From the NCBI GenBank assembly GCA_029008875.1, contig JAQXJP010000003.1:6710-70709 (forward strand): a DNA stretch of 64,000 bases, written 5' to 3'. The DNA is from Lachnospiraceae bacterium (GTDB lineage Bacteria; Bacillota; Clostridia; Lachnospirales; Lachnospiraceae). A program made the translations under genes and the position numbers. Under the pieces are notes generated by a model. That model searched no databases. It was given only the letters and a program-made list of their open reading frames with translations, and had not been told where the DNA came from. Of this stretch, positions 19,294 to 30,157 are shown one piece after another. The first letter of the stretch is position 1. Each line of letters starts with the position of its first letter.

Positions 19294-19944
19294 ATGAAAG
19301 TTGTGTCTTTCATTCCAATTAAATTGAATAACCAAAGATTGCCAGGTAAAAATCTGAAGGAACTGAATGGTAGGCCATTATGTGACTACATTTTTGAGAC
19401 GGTCAAAGGAATTAGCCAGATAGATGAAAAGTATGTATATTGTAGCGATGAAAAAATTTGTGAATATATACCGGAAGGAATCAAATTTTTTAAGAGAAGT
19501 ACCGATTTAGATGGATTTCATGTTAAGGGATTAGACATAATAGCTAAATTTGTAGAGGACGTAGATGCAGACATTTATGTACTCACGCATGTTACGCAAC
19601 CATTTACTAAATCTGAATCATTAATAAAGGGCTTAGAAGCTGTTTTAAGTGGAGAATATGATTCTGCATTCAGTTGCATAAAAATACAGGATTATTGTTG
19701 GTATAAGGGGCTGCCTTTTAATTATGATATGAAAGATATTGTTACAACGCAGAATCTTGAACCAATTTATATGGAAACAGGGGCCTTCTATATTTTTACA
19801 AAAGATGTTTTTACAAGATTGCATCAGCGCATTGGGGAAAAACCTTACATGTGTGTTATTGATCAATTGGAGGCAGTAGATATTGACGAAGCGGAGGATT
19901 TCGAATTTGCAAAGGTAGTGGCTGAATATTTTGCGAGGGATTAG
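19294..19944 (+). CDS. Acylneuraminate/ulosonate cytidylyltransferase (NeuA/KdsB-like)
   Basis: IPIKLNNQRLPGKN, HVTQPF, YMETGAFY, VDIDEAEDF. Confidence 0.85.
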   Translation: MKVVSFIPIKLNNQRLPGKNLKELNGRPLCDYIFETVKGISQIDEKYVYCSDEKICEYIPEGIKFFKRSTDLDGFHVKGLDIIAKFVEDVDADIYVLTHVTQPFTKSESLIKGLEAVLSGEYDSAFSCIKIQDYCWYKGLPFNYDMKDIVTTQNLEPIYMETGAFYIFTKDVFTRLHQRIGEKPYMCVIDQLEAVDIDEAEDFEFAKVVAEYFARD

Positions 19945-21553
19945 TGCTATGAAAAAAATAAAGATCCTTGATTGTACGTTGCGTGATGGCGGTAGAATTG
20001 TAGATTGCAAGTTTCAAGATGAAGTGATTGTGGGAATTGGACGATTTTTGCGAAAAGCAAAAATTGACATTGTTGAATTGGGATTTTTAAGAGACCATAT
20101 TGAATTTGACGGAAACAGCACTTTTTTTGGAGAAGTAGAGCAAGCGGATAAATATATTGAACAGATAGGAGAAGAAAACCAGAGTTTTGTTTTATTTGTG
20201 GATTATGGTCTTTATAATATAAATAATCTTGCGATAAAAGGGAATAGTAAAGTATCGGGTATTCGATATGGATTTACTAGAAAAAATTATCTTGAGCATC
20301 GAGACGAAATTATAGCAGATATGAATATGATCCGGGAGAAAAATTATGACCTATATATCCAAACGGTTTTTACTAATGGATATGCAACAACGGAGCTGCT
20401 AGAATTGATATCTTTGGTAAATGAAATCTGCCCGGTTTCGTTTGGGATTGTAGATACATATGGCTCCATGTATTTAGATGATCTGGATTATATTTGGAAT
20501 ATTGTAAATCATAATCTCAAGAAAGAAATTGCAATAGACTTTCATTCTCACAATAATATGCAAATGTCTTTTGCAATGACTCAGCGTATCATCCAATTAT
20601 CAAATAATGAGCGAAGCCTTGTTATTGATTCAACAATGAATGGCATAGGAAAATGTGCAGGCAATCTTAATACAGAATTGATTGTGGATTATCTCGTTCG
20701 AAAAAAAAATTATGATTATAATACAGATGCAATTTTAGATGCAATTGATCGTTACATAGAACCTTTGAAAAAAAGTAATGAATGGGGATATACCGTTCCT
20801 GCATTTATGGCGGGGATATATAAGGCCCACCCCAACAATGTGATTTTTCTTACTTCAAAGTATCGTCTAAATAATTGTGATGTAAAATATATTCTTTCGC
20901 GTATAGATGAGGAAAAGCGCCAAAGATATGATTATGACTTAATACAAAAGCTATATCTGGAATATTCCTCAACCAAAGTTGACGACACACAAATTTTAGA
21001 GCAGCTTTCGGATGTGCTAAAGGGGAAAAAGGTATTGGTATTGGCGTCTGGAACAACTATTGAAACATACAAAGACAATATTATTGAGTATATAGAAGAA
21101 AATAATCCGGTTGTGGTTAGTGTCAATTTTAAGCCATGTGATATCAAGGTAGACTATGTTTTTTTTACGAATGTGATTCGGTGGGAGGAGTTTACCAATA
21201 AAACGAATCAGGAAAAATTCATATTGTCAAGTAATATCCATACCGATAATGAAAATGTAAAGATTGTTAATTATTCAAGTTTGATTGAAGAATGTAGTGT
21301 AATGCCAGATAATAGTACAATAATGCTATTGAATTTGTTGGATCATATTGGTGCAACAGAAATAGGGATAGCAGGATTTGATGGGTTTAATGAACAGAAT
21401 CGCAATTATATTGATGGCACCGAACCAACAAGACAGATTAATATGACTTTTGAGCAAATAAATGGAGAAGTACGAAAGCTGTTTAAAGCCTATAGAGAAC
21501 GAGTAATGGGAAAAATAAAGGTGTATACCATAACACCAAGTAAGTATTGTTAG
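19931..21553 (+). CDS. DRE-TIM (HMGL-like) aldolase-domain protein with C-terminal extension (probable start ATG 19949)
   Basis: ILDCTLRDGG, IVDTYG, FHSHNN, GIGKCAGN; C-terminal VLVLASG...IAGFDG domain. Confidence 0.8.
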   Translation: MRGISAMKKIKILDCTLRDGGRIVDCKFQDEVIVGIGRFLRKAKIDIVELGFLRDHIEFDGNSTFFGEVEQADKYIEQIGEENQSFVLFVDYGLYNINNLAIKGNSKVSGIRYGFTRKNYLEHRDEIIADMNMIREKNYDLYIQTVFTNGYATTELLELISLVNEICPVSFGIVDTYGSMYLDDLDYIWNIVNHNLKKEIAIDFHSHNNMQMSFAMTQRIIQLSNNERSLVIDSTMNGIGKCAGNLNTELIVDYLVRKKNYDYNTDAILDAIDRYIEPLKKSNEWGYTVPAFMAGIYKAHPNNVIFLTSKYRLNNCDVKYILSRIDEEKRQRYDYDLIQKLYLEYSSTKVDDTQILEQLSDVLKGKKVLVLASGTTIETYKDNIIEYIEENNPVVVSVNFKPCDIKVDYVFFTNVIRWEEFTNKTNQEKFILSSNIHTDNENVKIVNYSSLIEECSVMPDNSTIMLLNLLDHIGATEIGIAGFDGFNEQNRNYIDGTEPTRQINMTFEQINGEVRKLFKAYRERVMGKIKVYTITPSKYC

Positions 21554-21568
21554 AGGGAGGGATGCTTA

Positions 21569-22397
21569 GTGGAGAAAGCTATATGTTTTGGAGCCGCAGA
21601 CGGTGGAAAGAGACTTTTTAATGAAGTATCAGCGAAGTATGAGATAATATCGTTTACTGATAACGATAAGGGTAAAGTAGGGGGGTATAAACGAAGTACA
21701 GATTTGAAGTTTAGAAGACTGTTTGAAAATGGAATGGGATGTAATAGTAATAACTTCGGCTCCAGGATTGGAAAATATTAAGAATCAGCTTATCGAAATG
21801 GGAATTGATAGAAGAAAAATTGATACTTCTTTTGTGGAAATGCCATTGCTGAGTAGAATTACTTTCTTGCAAAGAATGTCAGAAATACAAAGAACAGAAG
21901 ATGCAGCAGTTGCAGAAGTCGGAGTATTTGAAGGGGATTTTGCAAAATGGATTAATCGATTTTATTGTAATCAGATGTTGCATCTTTTTGATACATTTGA
22001 AGGGTTTGATAAGCGAGATATAGAAAAGGATAATCTATATTCGAATGCCAACGTCGGGGACTATGCAAATACAAGTGTCGAAATGGTAATGAAAAAAATG
22101 CCTTTTCCAGAAAAAGTTGTGATACATAAAGGTTATTTTCCAGATACTACACAAGGGATAAATGAACTATTTGCTTTTGTAAATTTAGACGTGGATTTAT
22201 ATGAACCAACATACAAGGGATTAATGTATTTTAAGGAACGAATGATCTCTGGTGGAATCATTTTAGTACATGACTATTTTGCAACTAATTTTCAAGGGCC
22301 AAGGAACGCTGTTGACCGTTTTATCGAAGAGATGAATGATATGTATAGAAAATATCCGATAGGTGATGGTATTAGTATTATGATAACAGGCTTTTAA
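21569..22397 (+). pseudogene. TylF/MycF-family O-methyltransferase, split into two frames near 21680-21725
   Basis: ORF 21569-21781 holds a Rossmann-like start (ICFGAA...TDND); ORF 21723-22397 continues it and has VAEVGVFEG, LFDTFEGF, KGYFPDT, LDVDLYEPT, VHDY. Confidence 0.65.
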
Positions 22398-22407
22398 AGG
22401 TGATTAT

Positions 22408-22887
22408 ATGGTTATAAGAATTTTAGTTATGGACGTAGATGGGACAATGACTGATGGAAAAATATATATTGGCCCGATGGGAGAAATGGTAAAATGTTTT
22501 GATGTGAAGGATGGTTATGGCATACATAATCTGCTTCCACAAAAAAATATTATTCCTGTTGTTTTAACGGGCAGAGAATCAGATATTGTAACGAAACGAT
22601 GCCAAGAATTGGAGATTCCTTACGTGATTCAGGGAAGTAAAGATAAAGTGCATGATTTAGGACAGTTACTAGAAGATTTATCACTTAAATGGGAAAATGT
22701 AGCTTATATCGGAGATGATCTTAATGATTTAGAGATAATGCGTAAAGTGGCATGGGCAGCATGCCCATGCGACGCGGTTGAAGAAGTTAAGAAAATATGT
22801 CACTTTATTGCATCGAAGGAAGGAGGAAAAGGAGCAATCAGAGAAACGATTGAGTTTTTGATAGCTCGCTTAAATATTATTGACTAA
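22408..22887 (+). CDS. kdsC: KdsC-like HAD phosphatase
   Basis: MDVDGTMTDG, FDVKDGYG, YIGDDLND, GGKGAIRE. Confidence 0.85.
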   Translation: MVIRILVMDVDGTMTDGKIYIGPMGEMVKCFDVKDGYGIHNLLPQKNIIPVVLTGRESDIVTKRCQELEIPYVIQGSKDKVHDLGQLLEDLSLKWENVAYIGDDLNDLEIMRKVAWAACPCDAVEEVKKICHFIASKEGGKGAIRETIEFLIARLNIID

Positions 22888-24097
22888 TACGCTTGTACAA
22901 ATTTCTATTATTACTGCAATCTATAATAAGTCACAGTACTTGGACGATTATGTGGAAAGTATAAAAAGCCAAAGCTTTAAAAATTTTGAAGTTATATGTG
23001 TAGAGGATTGTTCGACAGATGATTCTATGGAGCATTTGCAAGAGTTGGTTTTAGACGATTCTAGATTTGTAATTGTTCAAAATGAGGTAAATAGTGGTTT
23101 ATCTGTGAGTAGAAATAAAGCCATTAAAATGAGTAAAGGAAAATATATCTGTTTTCTTGATGCCGATGATTGTTTTAGACCGAATGCACTCGAGATATTG
23201 TGGAAAAGTGCAGAAAAATTCAAACTAGAAGGGATTTTCTTTGGAGCATCTGAATATTCAGAAGATTTGAAGAGAGAATTAAGAACTATTCAATATAAGA
23301 AACAGTATCCTGTGTGCGACGGAAAGTCATTAATGGCATTGTTACATGAGAGGAATGAGTATCAAAGTGCTTGTGGATTTCAGTTATGGAATAAGGAATT
23401 TATTCGTCAAATGGAAGTGGATTTTTTCCCAGGGATTGTTTATGAGGATACCCTATTTACGCTCCAGACATTATTAAGGGCAAAACGTGTTATGGTAATA
23501 TCTGATGTTTTATATATCTATAGAAAATGCAATAATTCTATTTCACATAGTCTAGGAATAGAACAGTTATATTCGTGTGTAGTCATTTATGATGAATTGT
23601 CAAAAATCGCAAATGAGTATTTGGATGATTATCAAGCTTATCCCGAAATTTTAGATAGAATTCAACTATTTAGTAGGAGAATAGAACATATAGTATGTAC
23701 GGTTCAAGAGGATAGTTTACCTAAATTTTATAATTCAAGATATAACATGATTTTACAAACTTTCTTAAAGGATTACAAATATCCATATTTAAGAACACTT
23801 TCAATTGATGAAATAAATAAATTAAAGAGATCGAAACAAGTGTTTATTTTCGGAGACGGAGTAATTGCTGAAGAAACATTAGTATTTTTGAAAAGACAAG
23901 ATGTAAAGATAAAGGGGATAATAGTTTCTTATCTTGAACAGCAAAAAAGATGGCATGACTATAGAATGATAGCAGTCGATGACTTTTATGAAGATGGAAT
24001 AGTTGTAATATCTGTAACGGAAAAGTGGCGAGATGCTATTGAGAGTATTTTACATATGAGGGGGAATGAAACAATATATATTACACAAAATGGTTAG
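22880..24097 (+). CDS. GT2 glycosyltransferase with C-terminal Rossmann-like domain
   Basis: ISIITAIYN, EDCSTD, FLDADD, YEDTLF; C-terminal VFIFGDG. Confidence 0.88.
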   Translation: MTNTLVQISIITAIYNKSQYLDDYVESIKSQSFKNFEVICVEDCSTDDSMEHLQELVLDDSRFVIVQNEVNSGLSVSRNKAIKMSKGKYICFLDADDCFRPNALEILWKSAEKFKLEGIFFGASEYSEDLKRELRTIQYKKQYPVCDGKSLMALLHERNEYQSACGFQLWNKEFIRQMEVDFFPGIVYEDTLFTLQTLLRAKRVMVISDVLYIYRKCNNSISHSLGIEQLYSCVVIYDELSKIANEYLDDYQAYPEILDRIQLFSRRIEHIVCTVQEDSLPKFYNSRYNMILQTFLKDYKYPYLRTLSIDEINKLKRSKQVFIFGDGVIAEETLVFLKRQDVKIKGIIVSYLEQQKRWHDYRMIAVDDFYEDGIVVISVTEKWRDAIESILHMRGNETIYITQNG

Positions 24098-24397
24098 GCA
24101 ACAAAATGACCATCTTTTCTTTTTTCTCAAATGGAACGGTATCATCGTCGGAGGAGTTAGATTAGCATAGGTTGTCAGGAGGATTTATAAACAGGTTCTT
24201 TGCTTTATGGCTTTCTGCCGAAAACTCCAAAAGCCTTAAGGTTCATCATATTTAGATCAAAAAATCATGAATCTTAGGTTGCTTTGCACCATAAGTGTTT
24301 TAGCAATAACCTATGTGTCGACCTTATTGACTAGACAACCATAATCACCTCATTGAGCGTGTACTACAAATAATAAAGATGCAAATTTGGAGAAAAT

Positions 24398-25555
24398 ATG
24401 CTAAAAAAAGACTACATGATAAGTATAATAGTGCCAATCTATAATATTGGAGAATATCTGGTAGAGTGCATTGAAAGCTTGATAAAGCAGACACATAGAA
24501 ATATTCAAATTATTTTAGTAGATGATGGGTCAACTGATAATTCTGGATTAATATGTGATCAATATGCTGAATGTGATGATAGGATAGAGGTTATTCATCA
24601 AAAGAATAAAGGGTTAGTAGAAGCAAGAAAAGCAGGATTACGTATTGCAAAAGGAACTTTTGTTGGATTTGTTGATGGAGATGATTATGTCGAATCAACA
24701 ATGTATGAGATATTATTATCAAATATGCTAGAAGAGAATGTTGATGTAGTGCATTCGGGTTACATTGTCAATAAGTGGGGAAGAGAGAGAAAAGTAGTTC
24801 AATATGATAGAAAAGTAGTAGACAAGAGTACGGATTTGCTGAGTGATATTCTATTATCCAAAAGCCGAATATCTCCAAGTATATGGTCGAAGCTATTTAG
24901 GAAAGAAATAATACAAGAATGTTATGATGAAGTTAATGATTGTGCATCATATGGTGAAGATTTGATTTGTTTGGTTTCAATTGCAGTACGATCATATAGA
25001 GTTTTTCTTATAGATGACGCTTTTTATCATTATAGGGAAAGAGAGGAATCCATTTCACATATCAGAAAGTCAGGAGCATATTTAAAAGAAATTCTTTTAT
25101 GTGAAAATGTAAAAGATGTGCTACTTAAGCATGATCTTTTCCAAAATCATTTTTCAGAATATAGTGCTTTTACAAGAGAACATTTACTTGTAGCACTTCA
25201 GAAGGATAGTGATAACACTTTTGCAATTCAAAAATATGTATTTCCAAATCCAGAACTATTACAACATAAGAAGATAGTAATTCTAGGAGCAGGAAAAGTT
25301 GGCAGAGATTTTTATTCACAGATTTGTAGATATACAAATTGCCAAGTGGTAGCTTGGATTGATAACTATCCAGAAAAATACCACTATGAATTTATTGATG
25401 TTGAGTCACCAGAAATAATCTGTAATATCGTATTTGATATTATCGTTATAGCAGCATTAGAAAAGAAAACTTATGAAGAAATGAGAGACAGTCTAAGTTG
25501 TTATAACATACCCAATGATAAAATGATTTGGATAAAACCCAATAGAGATATATAG
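24398..25555 (+). CDS. GT2 glycosyltransferase with C-terminal Rossmann-like domain
   Basis: ISIIVPIYN, VDDGSTD, FVDGDD, GEDL; C-terminal IVILGAG...WIDN. Confidence 0.9.
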   Translation: MLKKDYMISIIVPIYNIGEYLVECIESLIKQTHRNIQIILVDDGSTDNSGLICDQYAECDDRIEVIHQKNKGLVEARKAGLRIAKGTFVGFVDGDDYVESTMYEILLSNMLEENVDVVHSGYIVNKWGRERKVVQYDRKVVDKSTDLLSDILLSKSRISPSIWSKLFRKEIIQECYDEVNDCASYGEDLICLVSIAVRSYRVFLIDDAFYHYREREESISHIRKSGAYLKEILLCENVKDVLLKHDLFQNHFSEYSAFTREHLLVALQKDSDNTFAIQKYVFPNPELLQHKKIVILGAGKVGRDFYSQICRYTNCQVVAWIDNYPEKYHYEFIDVESPEIICNIVFDIIVIAALEKKTYEEMRDSLSCYNIPNDKMIWIKPNRDI

Positions 25556-25581
25556 CACTTATTATATCTGGAGAATAGGAT

Positions 25582-27372
25582 ATGCTGTATTCATTTGACA
25601 TATTTGATACATTAGTAACAAGAATTACATATTATCCCATAGGGCTTCATGATGTAGTGCAGGAATTTATACGCAATGATAGTGAGATACCTAGGTACGT
25701 AAGGAATAATTATGCAGGCATTCGATCAGAAGCAGAAAAAAAAGCAAGAGATTATTCCGAATTTGTCGGGGATGAAGAAATATCCTTGCATAAGATTCAT
25801 CATATCATTTCAGAGTATTCAAATTATTCCGATAATAATATTAGTAGTTTGGAAAAAATAGAAATCGATACTGAAATTAAATGTGTTTTGCCAATTACAA
25901 GCATGATTGATTGGGTAAAAGAATTAGTTAATTTAGGTAAACATGTGATTCTTATTTCGGATATGTATTTGAGTAAGCAGACGATAAGGGAGATGTTGGT
26001 TAGTTTGGATTCGGTATTCAAAGATATACCGATATTTGTTTCTTGTGATTATAACAGGACAAAGGCTATTGGGAGTATTTATGCTTACATACATGAAACT
26101 CTTGGAATAGAATACAAAGACTGGCATCATACAGGGGACAATAGACATTCTGATTTTCTTGTTCCTCAGACGTTAGGAATTACATGTGAATTACTTGAGG
26201 GCTGGAAAGAATCTTCTTGGATAAAGGAGTTACGAGACACATGTGATATCAATATGGTAGATGCGCAAGTTGTGTTTGGAGTAGTTAAATATATAAGTTG
26301 TGGAATTGATTCAGATTTGACAAAACTTGGGAAATCATTTGCAGGAATTATCGTTGAGGAATACGCAGAGTGGATAATACGTAGAGCATTACAGGATAAC
26401 ATAGAAGAACTATATTTCATTGCAAGAGATGGTTATGTCATAAAGAAGGTTGTAGATTTCATAATAGAAAAGAACGGAATAAATATATCAACGAAATATA
26501 TATATGGCTCTCGGAAGGCATGGCGTGTGGAGGATGCATTGGCAAGAGAGAATATCATACAGTATTTTAGAGAAAATGTTAATTTTAATAAGAGAATAGC
26601 ATTCGTCGATGCAAATGGTACAGGTGTCTCTATTTCGTTAGTTGCAGACCTTCTAGGTGAAATGTGGAATCATGAAATTCCAATTTATTATTTTAGCTTT
26701 CATAGGCAAGTCGAGAAGTCAAAATGTTGTTTTTTCAATTATTGTTACAATGCTTCGGATATCATCGAATTGTTATGTAGTGCAACACACGGAACGACCG
26801 TTGGATATCAGTTGCAAGAAGGAAAAATGAAGCCGGTTCTTGCAGAAGGTACGGTAGGAGAAAATCTGGACGAATATGTGAAAGGAATATTGGCCTATAC
26901 CGATATGTTGCTTAATGTAAAACATAAGCTTGGTATAGAAATAAACGCTAGAAGAATAGTAAAATGTCTTGTTTCAACGAAGAGGTATTCTTCAGGTATG
27001 ACACTACAAGATTTCTGGACTGCGCTCAATACACAAACGGAGTCTACTATTGATGTACCGGAGATTGACTATACGATTGATACATTAAAAAGCCCAGAGG
27101 CGCAAAGAGTGATTATTTACGGGGCTGGCATAGTTGGGAAAAGAATGTTTTGTGAATTGAACAAGAGTCAGGAGACATTGATATCTGCATGGACAGATAT
27201 CAACTATATAGAATGCATGAAGAAAGGATTACCTGTTATTTCCGTTAATGAGGCTGTTAAGAGAGAATATGATTATATACTAATTGCGATTAAAAATCGT
27301 GCGGCAGTTAAATCGGCGAAATGCATATTGACGCAATTAGGGGTGGATGAATCGGCGATAAGATATATATAA
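25582..27372 (+). CDS. HAD-superfamily hydrolase with C-terminal Rossmann-like domain
   Basis: YSFDIFDTL, ILISDMY, HTGDNRHSD, YFIARDG; C-terminal IIYGAG. Confidence 0.8.
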   Translation: MLYSFDIFDTLVTRITYYPIGLHDVVQEFIRNDSEIPRYVRNNYAGIRSEAEKKARDYSEFVGDEEISLHKIHHIISEYSNYSDNNISSLEKIEIDTEIKCVLPITSMIDWVKELVNLGKHVILISDMYLSKQTIREMLVSLDSVFKDIPIFVSCDYNRTKAIGSIYAYIHETLGIEYKDWHHTGDNRHSDFLVPQTLGITCELLEGWKESSWIKELRDTCDINMVDAQVVFGVVKYISCGIDSDLTKLGKSFAGIIVEEYAEWIIRRALQDNIEELYFIARDGYVIKKVVDFIIEKNGINISTKYIYGSRKAWRVEDALARENIIQYFRENVNFNKRIAFVDANGTGVSISLVADLLGEMWNHEIPIYYFSFHRQVEKSKCCFFNYCYNASDIIELLCSATHGTTVGYQLQEGKMKPVLAEGTVGENLDEYVKGILAYTDMLLNVKHKLGIEINARRIVKCLVSTKRYSSGMTLQDFWTALNTQTESTIDVPEIDYTIDTLKSPEAQRVIIYGAGIVGKRMFCELNKSQETLISAWTDINYIECMKKGLPVISVNEAVKREYDYILIAIKNRAAVKSAKCILTQLGVDESAIRYI

Positions 27373-27404
27373 ATATAAGAGTATTTGATTCAAGAGGTAA
27401 ACGG

Positions 27405-28808
27405 GTGGAATTAAAAAATATAGTATTATGGGGAACTGGTATAATTGGGAAAAAATATTATAGTATGCTACAAAAATTGGGGAAAAAGCCAGTTATGTTT
27501 GTAGACAATAATATTGAAAAGCAAGGAAAATTCATGGATGATATTCCGATATACCCACCGGATATTCTGAAAAATGCTAATGACTATACAGTTTTGATAG
27601 CTTGTAAAGCAAATGATGATATATATAAGCAGGCACTAGAGTTGGGAATTAGTGAGAATAAGATTTTTTCAGTTTATGATACTAGTTATATTCTTATGTC
27701 ATATTTGATTGACTGCGATGCGTGGAATATCGGAGAAATAAGAAACAAAGAACGGAAAGAAAACTCTATTGCTATTGATTTGCAGAATGGAGCCGCTCTT
27801 GGTGGAGTGGAGACATGGGCCTTGGAGCAAGGAGAGAAACTGAGAACAGCTGGAAAAAAGGTAACATTTATGCTTGGAAATCCAGAGAATAATCAACTGG
27901 TTATTCCAGCGTATTTTGAATCAGTTAATATAAGTATTGAAAAAGACCTGGAACAACAGGTTATGGAAAATGTAACATTTCTTATTTCACGACAGTGTGA
28001 TGTTGTTATAAGCAATTTTGTGGGCAACATTTTTATTGCGTATTGTTACTATAAGAGATTGCATGAAAAGGTCAAACACATTATGGTTATACATAATGAT
28101 GAACTTCCTTATTTCAAAGCGGCAATCGCAATGCAAGAATATATTGACTTTTGTATCGTAATAAGCACACGGATAAAAGAAAAGTTATTATCATGTGGTT
28201 TTCCTGAAAAAAAGATTGTAGTTCTGAACTGGAATATATCGGTGTCTGACGATTATAGACTTGTTACAAAAAATGAGAAACTTAGAATCGGTTATGCCGG
28301 AAGAGTTACAAAGAAACAGAAAAGATTAGACTTTCTTCCAAAGATTATTGATAAGTTAAATCAGGAAAAAATTGTTTATATATTTGAGCTTGCAGGCGTA
28401 GGGGATTACTATGATGAATTAGAGGAATATATTTGCAGTAATGACTTGAAAGATCGGGTTGTTTTATTAGGCATGCTTGAAAAGAGCAAAATGAGAGACT
28501 TTTGGCGTGGGCAGGATATTTATTTAAGCTGTTCGGATTGGGAAGGACACAGTATATCGCAATGTGAAGGAATAGCATCGGGAGCAGTACCTGTCGTTAC
28601 GGATGTATCGGGAGCAGGCGATGATATAGAGGATGGCGTTACAGGGTACATTGTTTCGGTTGGCGATTGGGAAGCACTTGCTGATAGGATAGTTTATCTT
28701 GACCAACATAGAGATATTTTAAAAAGAATGTCCGATGCAGGAATGGACAAGATGCGCGAACGAAATAGATTGTTTAGGGATAATGTTTTGGAGGAATTAT
28801 GCCGTTAG
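27405..28808 (+). CDS. GT4-family glycosyltransferase with N-terminal Rossmann-like domain
   Basis: GYAGRV...QKR, SDWEGHSISQCEG (E-x7-E); N-terminal IVLWGTG...FVDNN. Confidence 0.88.
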   Translation: MELKNIVLWGTGIIGKKYYSMLQKLGKKPVMFVDNNIEKQGKFMDDIPIYPPDILKNANDYTVLIACKANDDIYKQALELGISENKIFSVYDTSYILMSYLIDCDAWNIGEIRNKERKENSIAIDLQNGAALGGVETWALEQGEKLRTAGKKVTFMLGNPENNQLVIPAYFESVNISIEKDLEQQVMENVTFLISRQCDVVISNFVGNIFIAYCYYKRLHEKVKHIMVIHNDELPYFKAAIAMQEYIDFCIVISTRIKEKLLSCGFPEKKIVVLNWNISVSDDYRLVTKNEKLRIGYAGRVTKKQKRLDFLPKIIDKLNQEKIVYIFELAGVGDYYDELEEYICSNDLKDRVVLLGMLEKSKMRDFWRGQDIYLSCSDWEGHSISQCEGIASGAVPVVTDVSGAGDDIEDGVTGYIVSVGDWEALADRIVYLDQHRDILKRMSDAGMDKMRERNRLFRDNVLEELCR

Positions 28809-30121
28809 TTTCAATTATTATGCCCTCGCTGAATGTAGCGGGATATATAGACGAGTGCTTAAAAAGTGCAACGAATCAAACCCTGCGAGATATTGAGATT
28901 ATATGCATAGATGCGGGATCAACAGATGGAACAAGAGAAATAATTGAGAAGTATGTAACAATAGATAGCAGAATTAAACTCATAGATAGTACTGTTAAAA
29001 GCTATGGATTTCAGGTAAACCTTGGAATACAAGAGGCAAAAGGCGAGTATATTGCCATTCTTGAGACGGATGATTATGTAGACCAGGAAATGTATGAGAG
29101 GCTATATTCTTGCGCATGTGAGTGCAATGCAGAATATGTAAGAGCAGATTATGATGAAATATGCGAAGTAAACAATTACATGATATGCAACACACAGCAT
29201 ATTTTTAATAATAGTTTGTATTATGATAAACTCTTTGATAATCGGTATTTCAAAGAGTTGTTCTCTAAAGATCAAAATATTTGGAGCGGAATATACAAAA
29301 AGTCCTTTCTTGAAAAATATCATATAAGATTAAATGAAACCCCTGGAGCTGCATTTCAGGATATCGGATTTAAATTATTGACTCTTATTTATGCAGAGCG
29401 AATTATGTATATAAATTATAGCGGCTATAGATATAGACTTGATAGAGACGGCTGTTCTAGCTGTAATAATAATGTGCTGAAATTTGCATGGCAGGAATTT
29501 GCAAGACTTTTGAATCAAATGGATCTGTCTATGTCAGACCGATTTAAGTATGTGATATTGCGAATGATAGATGTTTTTATATGCGAGCATAATAAACTGG
29601 TAACAAAAAATTCTGCTGGGGACCAGGAGAAGTTCTACGAAACATATATTAAGCCGTACTATTTTGAGTTTAAGAAAAGCATAAATGGTTTTTTGTTAGA
29701 TGGGGTTGTATCAAAAGAAGATATGAGCGAGCTTCAGTTTATGACACTCATGTCGTTACTTCACAATGAAGAAGATTATAATAATACAATAATTCAAGAC
29801 AAGGAAAAGAAAGAAAATTCTTGGAATGAATTGGCTGATAAATTGAAAGATTCGCAGATTGTTATTGTCAGTTATGGGGTAAGAGGAAAAGATGCATTAA
29901 AACAATTGATTATTCGAAACATGAATGTTGTTGCAATCTGTGATAATAGTAGTGAGGTAAGAGCGCAAAAAATAGGAGTTCCTATATTCTCGGTTGAAGT
30001 GGCCACTGGACTATACAAGAATGCAGCATATGTTATTTCAAATAAAAAATACTCTGATGAGCTGAAGAACCAGTTGATTTCATACGGAGTATCAAAAGCG
30101 AATATTATTCAGATGCCATAA
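28799..30121 (+). CDS. GT2 glycosyltransferase with C-terminal Rossmann-like domain
   Basis: VSIIMPSLN, IDAGSTDG, ILETDD, AFQD; C-terminal SYGVRG...ICDN. Confidence 0.88.
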   Translation: MPLVSIIMPSLNVAGYIDECLKSATNQTLRDIEIICIDAGSTDGTREIIEKYVTIDSRIKLIDSTVKSYGFQVNLGIQEAKGEYIAILETDDYVDQEMYERLYSCACECNAEYVRADYDEICEVNNYMICNTQHIFNNSLYYDKLFDNRYFKELFSKDQNIWSGIYKKSFLEKYHIRLNETPGAAFQDIGFKLLTLIYAERIMYINYSGYRYRLDRDGCSSCNNNVLKFAWQEFARLLNQMDLSMSDRFKYVILRMIDVFICEHNKLVTKNSAGDQEKFYETYIKPYYFEFKKSINGFLLDGVVSKEDMSELQFMTLMSLLHNEEDYNNTIIQDKEKKENSWNELADKLKDSQIVIVSYGVRGKDALKQLIIRNMNVVAICDNSSEVRAQKIGVPIFSVEVATGLYKNAAYVISNKKYSDELKNQLISYGVSKANIIQMP

Positions 30122-30157
30122 TACTGAAAATGGGTTTGACAAGTTAGGGAGAATATA

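Noticed and set aside
20701-20709. A9 tract in the aldolase gene as a phase-variation switch
   Set aside because: The gene is in frame, and A runs of this length are expected in such AT-rich DNA.
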